Part shown: one piece after another, positions 50,222-60,309 of the stretch
Layout: each line of letters starts with the position of its first letter
Position numbering within the stretch: the first letter of the stretch is position 1
Source: Nitrospirota bacterium
GTDB taxonomy: Bacteria; Nitrospirota; Thermodesulfovibrionia; Thermodesulfovibrionales; Dissulfurispiraceae
Assembly (NCBI GenBank): GCA_040758355.1
Contig: JBFLWF010000001.1
Coordinates: 96,001-160,000 of the forward strand
Length of the DNA stretch: 64,000 nt
Direction: 5' to 3'
Notes under the pieces: model-generated
The model's input: the letters and a program-made list of their open reading frames with translations, nothing else
What the model was told of the DNA's origin: nothing
Databases searched by the model: none
Position numbers and translations under genes: made by a program

Positions 50222-53183
50222 TGGGCTGTATCGGCAACTTTATCACAAATGTCGTTCCCTCTCCCTTTTTGCTTTTTACAGTGATTGTGCCGTTGTGCTC
50301 CCTGATTATACCATAGCAGATGCTCAGGCCTAATCCAGTGCCCTTTCCAAAAGGCTTTGTTGTAAAGAAGGGGTCGAATATTTTGTCCATCACAGATTCC
50401 TCTATTCCAACGCCTGTGTCATGGAAAATAATCTCGATGAAATTGCCAGTCCTTTCCATTTTAATATCGAGCCTTCCCCCTTCGGGCATGGCATCGAGGG
50501 CATTGAGCATCAGGTTTAGAAAGACCTGCTGTATCTGGTCAGGATTGAATAGTAATCTGGGAATATCTCCTATTTCTGTATCGAGATGTATATCTTTAAA
50601 CCTCTTGTCGTATTTCACCAGATTAATTGTACGATCAAGTATCTCGGGGATGCTCGAAACCGTTTTTTCCACGGATGATATCCGTGCAAAGTCTCCGAGG
50701 CTGCGGACTATCCTTGCAATGCGCTCTATATGGCTGTTTATAGTCTTCAGGGAGTCCTCCGTAAATTCTGTATCGTCATTCGATTCCGGCTTCAGCACCC
50801 TGAGTTCCTGCACGAGGGAGGATATTGATGCAAGTGGATTGCCGATCTCGTGTGATATTCCAGCAGTCAATTTGCCGATACTGGCTAACTTTGATGCCTG
50901 AAACAACTGCTCCTCCATTTTTTTCTTTTCTGTTATATCTTCGAGGATGACCACATATCCGCCTGCAAGATACCCGGATGGGTCCTTAAACGGGCTGATA
51001 TTTATCTTAAACGTCTGATGCGTTGGCGTCTGGAAGGTGATCTCGTTTTGTTCATTCTGCAGGAGTGCATCGCCAGGAATCCACGGCAATAAAAGTATTA
51101 TCGAGCTGTTAAATGCCTCTGATTTTTTAATCCCTGTAATTGTCTCCATTTCTTTGTTCCAGTATTTGACCCTCAAGAGAGAGTCAACCGTGGTAATGCC
51201 CACAGGCGCGCTCTCTATGATATTCTCGCTGAACTCTTTTAGATAGGACAGTTCCCTGTTGGCGTCTGCCAGCTCCTGACGGGAGAGCCTGAGGCTTTCA
51301 GTAATATGCTTTATCGACTCCGAAAGCTCTCCCCTTTCCTTTTCTGTCAGAACGAGTTTGTTTTCGAATATAATTGCTGCTATAGATGAGCCTATTGCCC
51401 CTGATAGTATCTTTTCAGCCTCGTTTCTCAACTCGAAGAGTTCCTTTGATGTGAGCTCGTCCTGTTTCTTCTTCTTTTTTAACAGGAAGGAATGTATCGC
51501 CTCCCTTGCCTCCGGCCTGCCCAGATACTGGGCAAGGATATCCTCTATGTCATTAACAGTGTAGGAACTGCCGTGGGCGAGCTCCCTTGCCTTTTCATAA
51601 GACTCCACGAATATAAGGGACTGTATCTCTTCATCCTTTGACTGCTTCGTAAATACAGATACACCGATATAAAACATCAAATTAAAGAACATGCTCCAGA
51701 ACAGGGAGTTGCCCCACTTGCCGAGACCTTTTATTCCGAAGAGGCTTGCAGGATTGAGCATTTCAGAGCCGGTCATAAGTCCGATGAGCCCGATATCCTT
51801 TACAATGCCTGCCTTGATGAGTGCGGGCATTATAAGGGTGTAGAACCATACAGTAAAGCCTGCAATAAGGCCTGCGATTGCCCCCATCTTTGTCCCCCTC
51901 TTCCAGTAAAGACCCAAAAGAAATGCGGGCGCAAAGAGTGTCACTGCCTCGAAGGACTTAAGCCCCATATCCACGAGGCTGTAAAATTCTCCGATTGATG
52001 TGGCAAAGAAATAGCCGAGGAAGACGACGCCGAGGATTACAAGCCTCTTTATATTCAAAACTATGGCAGGAAATTTTGGTGCATCGTGGAAATTTATGAG
52101 TGTGGGCATAATTATACTGTTCATGACCATTGTGCTCAGTGCCAATGCCTCCACAATTACCATGCCTGTTGCAGCAGAAAAACCGCCTATAAAGGCGAGG
52201 AGTGAGAGGTATTGTTTTCCGTAACTCAGGGGCAGGGTAAGGACGAAATAATCCGCATCTTTGCCTGCACCTCCGAGAAGAAGCCCTCCGAAGGCTATGG
52301 GCAGTACGAATATGTTTATCAGGAAAAGATACAGCGGGAAGAGCCATGCAGCCTTTGTTATGTGTGCCTCGTCATAATTCTCCACGACAGCCATCTGGAA
52401 CTGTCTGGGCAGAAACATTATGGCCATCATTGAGAGGAAGAGGAGGGCAAACCACTCGAAATAGGCTGTTTCTGTGCCTGTTCCGAGAAAGAGCAGAACA
52501 GAATGCTCGGAATCCTTGATCCTGTCGAATATGTCGCTAAACCCTTCAAACAGCCCGTAAGTGACGAAGATGCCTACAAGGACAAAGGCTATAAGTTTTA
52601 CTATGGACTCAAAGGCGATGGCAAAGACAAGGCCGCCGTGCCTTTCTGATGAATCGAGGCGTCTGGCGCCGAACATAATGGCGAATATGCCGAGTATCAT
52701 CGTAATGAAGAGCCCTGCAGCAGCACTGCCTTTCACCTCTCCGGATATAATAGTGAATGTGCTTATGATTGCCTTTATCTGCAATCCGAGATATGGAGCG
52801 ATTCCCACCACAGCAACTATTGTTACAAGGGTTGAAAGTGAGAGGGACTTGCCGTATCTCGAACCCATGAAATCGGATATGGTTGTGATCCTGTTTGCCT
52901 TTGCTATCCTTACAACCTTTTTCAGGACAACGAGCCATACGGCAGCCATGAGTGTGGGGCCTAAATATGTGGTGAGGAATGAAAGGCCCGAAGTGGCCGC
53001 CTTTCCGACGCTTCCGTAGAATGTCCATGAGGTGCAGTAAACTGCGAGGGACAGGGAATAGATGTAAGGGTTATTGACTATGCTTTTCCCTGCCTTCTCC
53101 TTTTTCTCTGCATAATATGCAACTGCAAAGAGGAGCAGGAGGTAACACAGGACTATGAAGAAAAGATTATATGATGCAAACAT
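50214..53183 (-). CDS. SLC5-STAC-PAS histidine kinase (CbrA/CrbS-like)
   Basis: YSLSLAVYCTSWTFYGSVG, AIAFESIVKL, LPRQF; STAC-like LSGAIGSS; SHEIGNPL, NALDAM, FFTTK..GKGTGLGL. Confidence 0.92.
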   Translation of the reverse strand: MFASYNLFFIVLCYLLLLFAVAYYAEKKEKAGKSIVNNPYIYSLSLAVYCTSWTFYGSVGKAATSGLSFLTTYLGPTLMAAVWLVVLKKVVRIAKANRITTISDFMGSRYGKSLSLSTLVTIVAVVGIAPYLGLQIKAIISTFTIISGEVKGSAAAGLFITMILGIFAIMFGARRLDSSERHGGLVFAIAFESIVKLIAFVLVGIFVTYGLFEGFSDIFDRIKDSEHSVLLFLGTGTETAYFEWFALLFLSMMAIMFLPRQFQMAVVENYDEAHITKAAWLFPLYLFLINIFVLPIAFGGLLLGGAGKDADYFVLTLPLSYGKQYLSLLAFIGGFSAATGMVIVEALALSTMVMNSIIMPTLINFHDAPKFPAIVLNIKRLVILGVVFLGYFFATSIGEFYSLVDMGLKSFEAVTLFAPAFLLGLYWKRGTKMGAIAGLIAGFTVWFYTLIMPALIKAGIVKDIGLIGLMTGSEMLNPASLFGIKGLGKWGNSLFWSMFFNLMFYIGVSVFTKQSKDEEIQSLIFVESYEKARELAHGSSYTVNDIEDILAQYLGRPEAREAIHSFLLKKKKKQDELTSKELFELRNEAEKILSGAIGSSIAAIIFENKLVLTEKERGELSESIKHITESLRLSRQELADANRELSYLKEFSENIIESAPVGITTVDSLLRVKYWNKEMETITGIKKSEAFNSSIILLLPWIPGDALLQNEQNEITFQTPTHQTFKINISPFKDPSGYLAGGYVVILEDITEKKKMEEQLFQASKLASIGKLTAGISHEIGNPLASISSLVQELRVLKPESNDDTEFTEDSLKTINSHIERIARIVRSLGDFARISSVEKTVSSIPEILDRTINLVKYDKRFKDIHLDTEIGDIPRLLFNPDQIQQVFLNLMLNALDAMPEGGRLDIKMERTGNFIEIIFHDTGVGIEESVMDKIFDPFFTTKPFGKGTGLGLSICYGIIREHNGTITVKSKKGEGTTFVIKLPIQPNV

Positions 53184-53227
53184 ATCTGTTTTTCAGGCTA
53201 AAGGCAAACGGTAAATGAGTATAAACT

Positions 53228-53413
53228 CTAAACTCTAAGCTTAGCTTTTTTGTCTTCAGTTCTGTAGACTGCAAATGCTATAAGGATTATAAAAATGAGC
53301 CAGAAGGCGAATAGGTATTCGGCCACATCGGTGTGGAATATCTCCAGCAATGGCCAGTTAAGGCCAAGGAGACCGAGGATGAATATGAATATCCAGACTT
53401 CTGTATTTTTCAT
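53228..53413 (-). CDS. Small two-TM protein upstream of the SLC5 kinase
   Basis: 61 aa, hydrophobic, NWP motif; abuts the gyrA stop with RBS AAGGAG. Confidence 0.65.
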   Translation of the reverse strand: MKNTEVWIFIFILGLLGLNWPLLEIFHTDVAEYLFAFWLIFIILIAFAVYRTEDKKAKLRV

Positions 53414-55837
53414 TTACTCCTTTATTTCTTCCTCTACCACCCTGCCGATGCTTACGATTCTATCATCTGCCTCCAAGTCCATGAGCTTCACACCCTGGGT
53501 ATTCCTGCCCTGAACAGAGATGCTGTCGGCTTTTGTCCTTATTAATTTTCCCGAATTTGTTATCAGGACAATCTCGTCTTCATCCTTTACCTGAAGGAGG
53601 CCGACTGCATTGCCTCCCCTCTCTGTGAGTTTTATGGATATGACTCCTTTTCCGCCTCTGCCGTGAACAGGATACTCTTCTGGTTTTGTCCGTTTTCCAA
53701 GGCCTTTCTCTGTGACTGTCAACAGGCTTGTTCTTTCTCCTACCACATCGGCTGATACAACCTCATCTCCCTCGGAGAGCCTTATTCCTATAACACCCCT
53801 TGCTGTTCTTCCCACATCCCTGACATCGTCTTCCTTAAACCTTGCAGCAAGCCCGCTCCTTGTGCCTATGATTAAATCATTTTTTCCGGTTGTCCTCTTA
53901 ACAGCAATAAGCTCATCTCCCTCATCGAGGCTGACCGCTATTATTCCCTTGCTCCTCGGATTGCTGTATTCCTCGAGTGCTGTTTTCTTAACGATGCCTT
54001 TTTTTGTGAACATCACGAGGAATCCTTCCTTGAAGTCCTTAACATTTAAGGCTATTGTTATCCTCTCTCCCTCTGTCAGTGGTAATAGATTAACAAGGGC
54101 CTTGCCTTTTGCTGTCCTTCCTGCCTCGGGTATTTCATATATTTTTTTCCAGTATAGCCTTCCTAAATTGCTGAAAAAAAGCATGTAGTCATGAGTGGAG
54201 CCTATAAAGAGCTGCTCCACATAATCCTCTTCCCTTGTCTCCATACCGGTTAGTCCCTTTCCACCACGACGCTGGCTCCTGTAAATAGAAAGCGGATTCC
54301 TCTTTATATAGCCGTTGTGCGAAAGGGTGATGACCATATCCTCTTCTGTGATGAGGTCTTCAATGGTCAGCTCTGCAGTCTCTGCTACAATCTCTGTCTT
54401 TCTTTCGTCTCCGTATTTATTCTTAATCTCTACAAGTTCATCTTTTATAATCTTCGAAACGAGTTTCTCGCTTCCTAAAATCTCCTTTAATCTCTCTATC
54501 TCCTTCAGTGTATCCTCATAATCCTTTACAATCTTATCCCTCTCAAGGCCGGTCAGTCTCTGGAGTTTCATATCCAGTATTGCCTGTGCCTGGACCTCTG
54601 TCAATGGATATTTTGTCATCAATCCGTTTCTTGCCTCTTCCGGGTTCTTTGAATTCCTTATGAGGGTTATGATCGCATCGAGATGGTCGAGGGCAATCTT
54701 CAGCCCCTCAAGGATGTGAGCCCTTTCTTCAGCCTTTCTTAATTCAAACCTTGTCCTGCGTAATATGACATCCCTTCTGTGGTGTAAGAAGTGTCCGAGC
54801 ATCCGTTTGAGATTGAGTATGTGCGGCTGTCCATTAACAAGGGCCAACATGATGATTCCGAAGGTGGACTCCATCTGCGTGTGTTTATAGAGGTTATTCA
54901 GAATTACCTGCGGAACCTCGGCGCGCTTTAATTCAAGGACTATCCTTATTCCGTCCCTGTCTGATTCATCCCTGATGTCGGATATTCCTTCTATGCGCTT
55001 TTCACGGACAAGCTCTGCTATTTTTTCTATAAGCCGTGCCTTATTTACCTGATATGGAAGCTCGGAGATTATTATGCTGTCTCCGCCTTTTGCTTCCCTC
55101 TCAATCCTTGCCTTTGCCCTGACCTTTATTAATCCCCTGCCGTGAGTGTAGGCTTCAACTATTCCTCCTGTCCCGTAAATCATTGCGCCTGTAGGAAAGT
55201 CCGGGCCTTTGATTACAGCCATCAAGTCATTGATTGTAGCATCAGGATTCTTAAGGAGCATTATCAGTCCATCCACAACCTCTCCAAGATTATGGGGAGG
55301 TATGTTTGTGGCCATTCCAACAGCTATTCCGGCAGAGCCGTTTATGAGGAGGTTCGGAATCCTTGTTGGCAGGACAACAGGCTCCTCTGTTGTCTCATCG
55401 AAATTAGGGGTGAAATCTACTGTTTCTTTGTCTATATCAGCCAGCAGCTCTTCTGCTATCTTTGCGAGCCTTGCCTCTGTGTATCTGTATGCAGCAGCAG
55501 GATCGCCGTCAATCGAGCCGAAATTCCCCTGTCCATCTACAAGCGGGTATCTCATATTAAAGTCCTGTGCGAGCCTTACAAGTGCATCATAAACTGCTGT
55601 ATCGCCGTGTGGATGGTATTTTTTAAGGACTTCACCAACAACACCTGCGCATTTCGAATACTTCTTGCCCGGAAGAAGCCCCTCCCTGAACATGGCATAG
55701 AGTATCCTCCTCTGCACAGGCTTGAGCCCGTCCCTTATCTCAGGCAAGGCCCTTCCTATGATTACGCTCATGGCGTAATCGAGGTAGCTGGACTTCATCT
55801 CTTCTTCTATGCTGATGAATGTATTCTGTGGTGTCAT
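53414..55837 (-). CDS. gyrA: DNA gyrase subunit A
   Basis: [22 protein letters not shown], GyrA-box QRRGGKG. Confidence 0.97.
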   Translation of the reverse strand: MTPQNTFISIEEEMKSSYLDYAMSVIIGRALPEIRDGLKPVQRRILYAMFREGLLPGKKYSKCAGVVGEVLKKYHPHGDTAVYDALVRLAQDFNMRYPLVDGQGNFGSIDGDPAAAYRYTEARLAKIAEELLADIDKETVDFTPNFDETTEEPVVLPTRIPNLLINGSAGIAVGMATNIPPHNLGEVVDGLIMLLKNPDATINDLMAVIKGPDFPTGAMIYGTGGIVEAYTHGRGLIKVRAKARIEREAKGGDSIIISELPYQVNKARLIEKIAELVREKRIEGISDIRDESDRDGIRIVLELKRAEVPQVILNNLYKHTQMESTFGIIMLALVNGQPHILNLKRMLGHFLHHRRDVILRRTRFELRKAEERAHILEGLKIALDHLDAIITLIRNSKNPEEARNGLMTKYPLTEVQAQAILDMKLQRLTGLERDKIVKDYEDTLKEIERLKEILGSEKLVSKIIKDELVEIKNKYGDERKTEIVAETAELTIEDLITEEDMVITLSHNGYIKRNPLSIYRSQRRGGKGLTGMETREEDYVEQLFIGSTHDYMLFFSNLGRLYWKKIYEIPEAGRTAKGKALVNLLPLTEGERITIALNVKDFKEGFLVMFTKKGIVKKTALEEYSNPRSKGIIAVSLDEGDELIAVKRTTGKNDLIIGTRSGLAARFKEDDVRDVGRTARGVIGIRLSEGDEVVSADVVGERTSLLTVTEKGLGKRTKPEEYPVHGRGGKGVISIKLTERGGNAVGLLQVKDEDEIVLITNSGKLIRTKADSISVQGRNTQGVKLMDLEADDRIVSIGRVVEEEIKE

Positions 55838-55875
55838 AATGGATATTCCTCTCTTTTGGTAGCTTTTATAAGTCT

Positions 55876-56085
55876 CCTAAATTAAGTGATTCTAATCTAA
55901 AAATATATGTCAGGTGCTGCGAAAAGACTTTAAACCACGCACTTGTAAAAACATTTATCCTGTATCCGCCATCTACTACATTGAATACTTGATGGATTAT
56001 GCATTTATTATCTTTCATATACATTCGAATCAACACTTTTTAAAGTCTTTGAGCAGTGCCTGACATATAAAATCGCTCAGCTTAT
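55876..56085 (+). repeat. ~205-bp hairpin repeat, family 1, copy B
   Basis: Homologous to copies A, C and D. Confidence 0.92.
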
Positions 56086-56093
56086 AAAGTCTA

Positions 56094-58016
56094 TTATTTT
56101 AACATACTTTTCAGTCTCTTTATCTCCTCTTTTGTAAATCTTCTGTCTTTGTAATAATGTCTCTCGAACTCCTCCACAAACCTGTATGCCGACTGTTTCA
56201 ACTCCTCTTCCCTTATGCCTGCAACAAACTCCTCAAGCCCCTCAGATTTTCCCTTCTTGTAGCCATGTCTTTCCATCTTCTTCAGAAAAAGGGCGATCAG
56301 CCTTTCTTCCTCTGTTTTCCTGCCGGAAATGAGGACATAGAGCATGAATACAGATAGAGACAAAACAGCCGGGATAACAAGATACTTTATGAGTTTTTCT
56401 TTATTTATGGATAGTTTGATTTCGGGCTTTCTTATGCCGGACTGTATTTTATGGAACAGGGATAACTGCTTTTCAAAGTCATAGCTTATTACAAAGGCGT
56501 TCCAGTAATAATTGATTGTGTCCAGAACGAGCCTTATCTTAAACAGGATATCCCTTTTATGGGGAGGTACAAAGCCTTCAATGGATGCCGGAGTAGGGTC
56601 TAATCTTATCCATCCTTTATCTGTATATGCCTCAACCCATACATGGGCGTTTTTCTGTGGGACAAGATAATACTTCCCGATGTCATTGTAGTATCCTCCC
56701 CTGTAACCACCAACAAGCCTTGCAGGCACGCCAGAAATCCTCAACATAACTGCCATTGCCGATGCAAAGTACTCGCAGTTGCCGTGCTTGTATTTAAAAA
56801 GAAAGTCATCGAGAGGGGTCTTTGATACTGGAAGATTTTGGAGGGAGTACTTATAATTGCCGTCCTTTAAAAATGATAGAATGGATTTTACGGCCTCTTT
56901 CTGTTCAGTTATTTCTCTCACTAACTTTATAACTTCAGGGGATATATTTTCGGGCAGTTGCAGGTACCTTTCCTTATCTATATCTACTTCGGAGATTGCG
57001 TCAGACAATATGGACACAGCATCGTATCTTATCCTTTTATCAACCTCTTTAGGTAAAGAGAATGTTAAATCACCATATTTTTTTATATCCTTTAGCGTTA
57101 TTAAATACGGCTTATCGAGGGCAAAGATATACCTGTGTTCATAAGGCTCAAGATATATTGTCTGCCTTACTTTTTCGCCCTTCAAGATGTTCGTAGGGGA
57201 GATTTCATCTTCCCTGCGAACCCCCTCTGTACTCTTCCATGATGTGCCGTCAAAATAGTCAAGGACAATGCCGCGCCAATAAAGATGCCTTTCATCGATC
57301 TTTTCCATATGCGCCCTGAATATGGCGGTTGCATCTTCCTGAATTCCAGATACCGAACCAAGCCTCACATTATCCGTGAATCCTGTCTTTGCCTTCTCTG
57401 CCCTGTTCAGGAAATTAAAGAACGGATAGCTTGTCCTCGGGAGCATTACGAAGAGAAACAGGGTCATGGGCATGGATATTAAGGGTATGAGCAGGGATTT
57501 CAATGCAATTTTTATGATCGTGCTTTTTGGCAGCTCTAAATCAGGTTCCTGTGAGTAGTATGTGAGGAGGACTATAGATAAGCTCATCATGAAAATCATG
57601 ATTAAGAAATAAATGGAGAATTCTATGTCTATTGTGAGCAGGGCAGAGCCCGAAAGCAGAAACAGGGATATGAGATATATCTGCATATAGTCCCTGAATT
57701 TTTTTTCTTCCAGAAATTTTATTGAAAGGAGTATTAGCAGTCCCTCTACTGCCGGGACAACGAGGTTGTCGAGACTTAATCTGAAGAGTGATAGCAATAT
57801 TACTGCCAGCGCCGTTAAGTTTAAAAACCACCTCGGCATATGGAAGCTCTTTTTGTAGTCAAAATAAACGGCTAAAAGACACAGGACTATGAATGCTGCG
57901 GAATAGATGAAGCTTATGTGTTTAAAGACAGATAGAAATCCTATAAGTCCGATAATGTACGTTATTATCTTTACGATATATTCAATTTTTACCCAAACTG
58001 AGCGATTCTTAGCCAT
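56094..58016 (-). CDS. DUF3488 + transglutaminase-like membrane protein (TgpA-like)
   Basis: Multi-TM N-terminus, LPR..TGF, YWRG, GNCEYFA, AHVWVE, DPTP (Cys-His-Asp triad). Confidence 0.9.
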   Translation of the reverse strand: MAKNRSVWVKIEYIVKIITYIIGLIGFLSVFKHISFIYSAAFIVLCLLAVYFDYKKSFHMPRWFLNLTALAVILLSLFRLSLDNLVVPAVEGLLILLSIKFLEEKKFRDYMQIYLISLFLLSGSALLTIDIEFSIYFLIMIFMMSLSIVLLTYYSQEPDLELPKSTIIKIALKSLLIPLISMPMTLFLFVMLPRTSYPFFNFLNRAEKAKTGFTDNVRLGSVSGIQEDATAIFRAHMEKIDERHLYWRGIVLDYFDGTSWKSTEGVRREDEISPTNILKGEKVRQTIYLEPYEHRYIFALDKPYLITLKDIKKYGDLTFSLPKEVDKRIRYDAVSILSDAISEVDIDKERYLQLPENISPEVIKLVREITEQKEAVKSILSFLKDGNYKYSLQNLPVSKTPLDDFLFKYKHGNCEYFASAMAVMLRISGVPARLVGGYRGGYYNDIGKYYLVPQKNAHVWVEAYTDKGWIRLDPTPASIEGFVPPHKRDILFKIRLVLDTINYYWNAFVISYDFEKQLSLFHKIQSGIRKPEIKLSINKEKLIKYLVIPAVLSLSVFMLYVLISGRKTEEERLIALFLKKMERHGYKKGKSEGLEEFVAGIREEELKQSAYRFVEEFERHYYKDRRFTKEEIKRLKSMLK

Positions 58017-58200
58017 AAATATATGTCAGGTGCGGCGAAAAGACTTTAAACTCCGCACTTGTAAATACATTTATCTTGTATCCGTCATCTACTACATTGG
58101 ATACTTGTTGGGTGATGCACTTATAATCTTTTATATACACTTGAACCAACACTTTTTAAAGGCTTTGAGCCGTACCTGACATATAAATCGCTCAACTTAG
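57992..58200 (+). repeat. ~205-bp hairpin repeat, family 1, copy C
   Basis: Homologous to A, B and D; overlaps the DUF58 stop and the transglutaminase start. Confidence 0.92.
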
Positions 58201-59156
58201 ATTTCAGCACCATACAACGCCAGTTCCTTTAAAATAGATATCTTATGGGCATTTGAAACATCAGGCCTGTAGAATTTATCTCCCATCTTCAATCCCACAG
58301 GTATGTTCTTTTTCAATAATTGCAGAATTGTATATGTGATGCATGAAATCTTTTCTTCAATGCTTCTTATGGTGCTCTTTTCAAAATCTATCACAATGGG
58401 CTGAAATGCGAGGGATGAAAGCTCCTTTGTCTTGAGTTCTCCTGTTTTTGCAGTCGCCTTCCAGTTGATATATTTGAAAGGGTCTCCATGAATATACTCC
58501 CTGATTGATAGTATCTCTGATTCGAAACCTGCCTTATCCAGATGCCTCTCTCCCTTTGATATCCTTTCCTTTTCAAAACTGCTCAGGAGTTCGCACCTTT
58601 TTGGTTCAGGGAAGACAATGAATTCAAAAGGCTTGTTAAGCCTCCTGCATCTTATGAAAAAATTGAAGGGGAATACAGAGCATATGTGGACATTTTTTAT
58701 TTCATGTTTTCCCCTCTCTTTAAAGGAGATGTTCATATATTTAACAGAGTCCCTTTTTTTATCTATGAAGGGGAAAAGGGTTTCGTATTGATCTATTTTT
58801 ACCCTCATCAGAAACACAGGAAGAAAACCGCGATTGTTTTTCAGTTTTATTTTTAATGGGAATTCCTTATTTGCATAAATCTCCTGCGGATAGTTCACTT
58901 CTATATCGATCTTTGACAGGTTTCTCTTTCCGAAAAATCCTGAGATGCCCATGAAACTGAGGAGTGCAGAGACTATGAGGTAAATGAGGTTGTTCCCTGT
59001 GTTTACTGCTGAAAAGCCCAGAAATAGGGTCAATGCTATGTAGATATAGCCGGCCTTCGTGATTTTAATTACGCCGGGACTGTTTCGTAAGGGGGACTTT
59101 GTCCCCCTTACGGGATCCCCCTTTTTAATAAATTGCAAAAATCTCAAATCAACCAT
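58197..59156 (-). CDS. DUF58-family protein (start uncertain)
   Basis: AVNTGNNLIY, FPFNF, REYIHGD..K.INWKATAK; MoxR context. Confidence 0.88.
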   Translation of the reverse strand: MVDLRFLQFIKKGDPVRGTKSPLRNSPGVIKITKAGYIYIALTLFLGFSAVNTGNNLIYLIVSALLSFMGISGFFGKRNLSKIDIEVNYPQEIYANKEFPLKIKLKNNRGFLPVFLMRVKIDQYETLFPFIDKKRDSVKYMNISFKERGKHEIKNVHICSVFPFNFFIRCRRLNKPFEFIVFPEPKRCELLSSFEKERISKGERHLDKAGFESEILSIREYIHGDPFKYINWKATAKTGELKTKELSSLAFQPIVIDFEKSTIRSIEEKISCITYTILQLLKKNIPVGLKMGDKFYRPDVSNAHKISILKELALYGAEI

Positions 59157-59157
59157 T

Positions 59158-59371
59158 CCTAAATTGAGCGATTCCAATCTAAAAATATATGTCAGGTGCT
59201 GCGAAAAGACTTTAAACCACGCACTTGTTAAAACTTTTATCTTGTATCCGTCATCTACTACATTGGATACTTGATGGATGATGCATTTATTATCTTTACA
59301 TATACACTTGAACCAACACTTTTTAAAGTCTTTGAGCAGTGCCTGACATATATAAAATCACTTAACTTAGG
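59158..59371 (+). repeat. ~205-bp hairpin repeat, family 1, copy D
   Basis: Homologous to A, B and C. Confidence 0.92.
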
Positions 59372-59374
59372 TTT

Positions 59375-60307
59375 CTATGCTGGAACAGGTATCTCTTCTA
59401 TCAATGCCCTTATAATCTCCTTCTTGTTCAGGTTTTCGTACTCTTCCTTGAACATGACCCTGTGAGGTATCGTGTATTCAGCAAGCTCCTTTATGTCTTC
59501 GGGTATTACGAAGTCCCTTCCGTGAAAATAGGCATTCGTCTTTGCAGTGTACGTCAGCGCCAATGCACCTCTTGTGGATAGCCCTGCATTGAGATACTTG
59601 CTGCTCCTTGTTGCCTCGATTATTTTCAGGGCGTAATCCAGTATCCTGTCGGAGATGTATGTATTGCCCCTTATGTCTCCCTGTATCTGCAAGGCCTCAT
59701 CTCTATTCATTATGGGTTCGATGGAATACAGTTCTTCCCTTTTGCTTCCTCCACGCAATATCTCCCTTTCCGAATCGCTTGAAGGATACCCGATGCTTAT
59801 CTTCATTATGAACCTGTCGAGCTGAGATTCAGGCAAAGGGAATGTCCCGAAATGTTCCACAGGATTCTGTGTTGCTATGACAAAAAATGGCTTCGGGAGC
59901 TTGTAAGTCCTCCCCTCTATGGTGACCTGCTCCTCTCCCATTGCTTCGAGCAGTGCGCTCTGGGTCTTTGGCGTAGCCCTGTTTATCTCGTCAACAAGGA
60001 CGATGTTATTGAAAACCGGGCCTGGATGGAACTCAAACTCTCCAGTGGTTTTGCTGTATATAGATAAGCCTGTGATGTCTGTTGGCAGCAAATCGCTTGT
60101 GCATTGAATCCTGCCGAAGCTAAGTCCGAGTGCTTTTGCAATACCGATGGCAAGTGTTGTCTTTCCAAGCCCGGGCAGATCTTCTATCAGGAGATGTCCT
60201 TTTGAGAAAAAGGCTGCGAGGGAGAGCTTCAATGCCCTCGTCTTTCCCTGAAGGTATTTCGATAAAGACTCAATTATGTAATCGATCCTGTCGCTTCTGA
60301 TTTCCAT
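59375..60307 (-). CDS. MoxR-family AAA+ ATPase
   Basis: HLLIEDLPGLGKT, RIQCTSDLLP, DEINRATPKTQSALLEAM, ATQNP, LDRF. Confidence 0.95.
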   Translation of the reverse strand: MEIRSDRIDYIIESLSKYLQGKTRALKLSLAAFFSKGHLLIEDLPGLGKTTLAIGIAKALGLSFGRIQCTSDLLPTDITGLSIYSKTTGEFEFHPGPVFNNIVLVDEINRATPKTQSALLEAMGEEQVTIEGRTYKLPKPFFVIATQNPVEHFGTFPLPESQLDRFIMKISIGYPSSDSEREILRGGSKREELYSIEPIMNRDEALQIQGDIRGNTYISDRILDYALKIIEATRSSKYLNAGLSTRGALALTYTAKTNAYFHGRDFVIPEDIKELAEYTIPHRVMFKEEYENLNKKEIIRALIEEIPVPA

Positions 60308-60309
60308 AT

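Noticed and set aside
53414..55837. parC, or something unusual in gyrA lacking an adjacent gyrB
   Set aside because: The GyrA-box is present, and split gyrA/gyrB loci are common.
55142..55885. Long antisense ORFs (this 247-aa one, 12349-13167, 14204-14869 and others)
   Set aside because: They are shadows of well-supported genes on the opposite strand and carry no recognisable motifs.
55876..59371. Integron cassette array (family-1 repeats as attC sites)
   Set aside because: The ends lack RYYYAAC/GTTRRRY in the gene orientation, no integrase is present, and the genes form a normal conserved operon.
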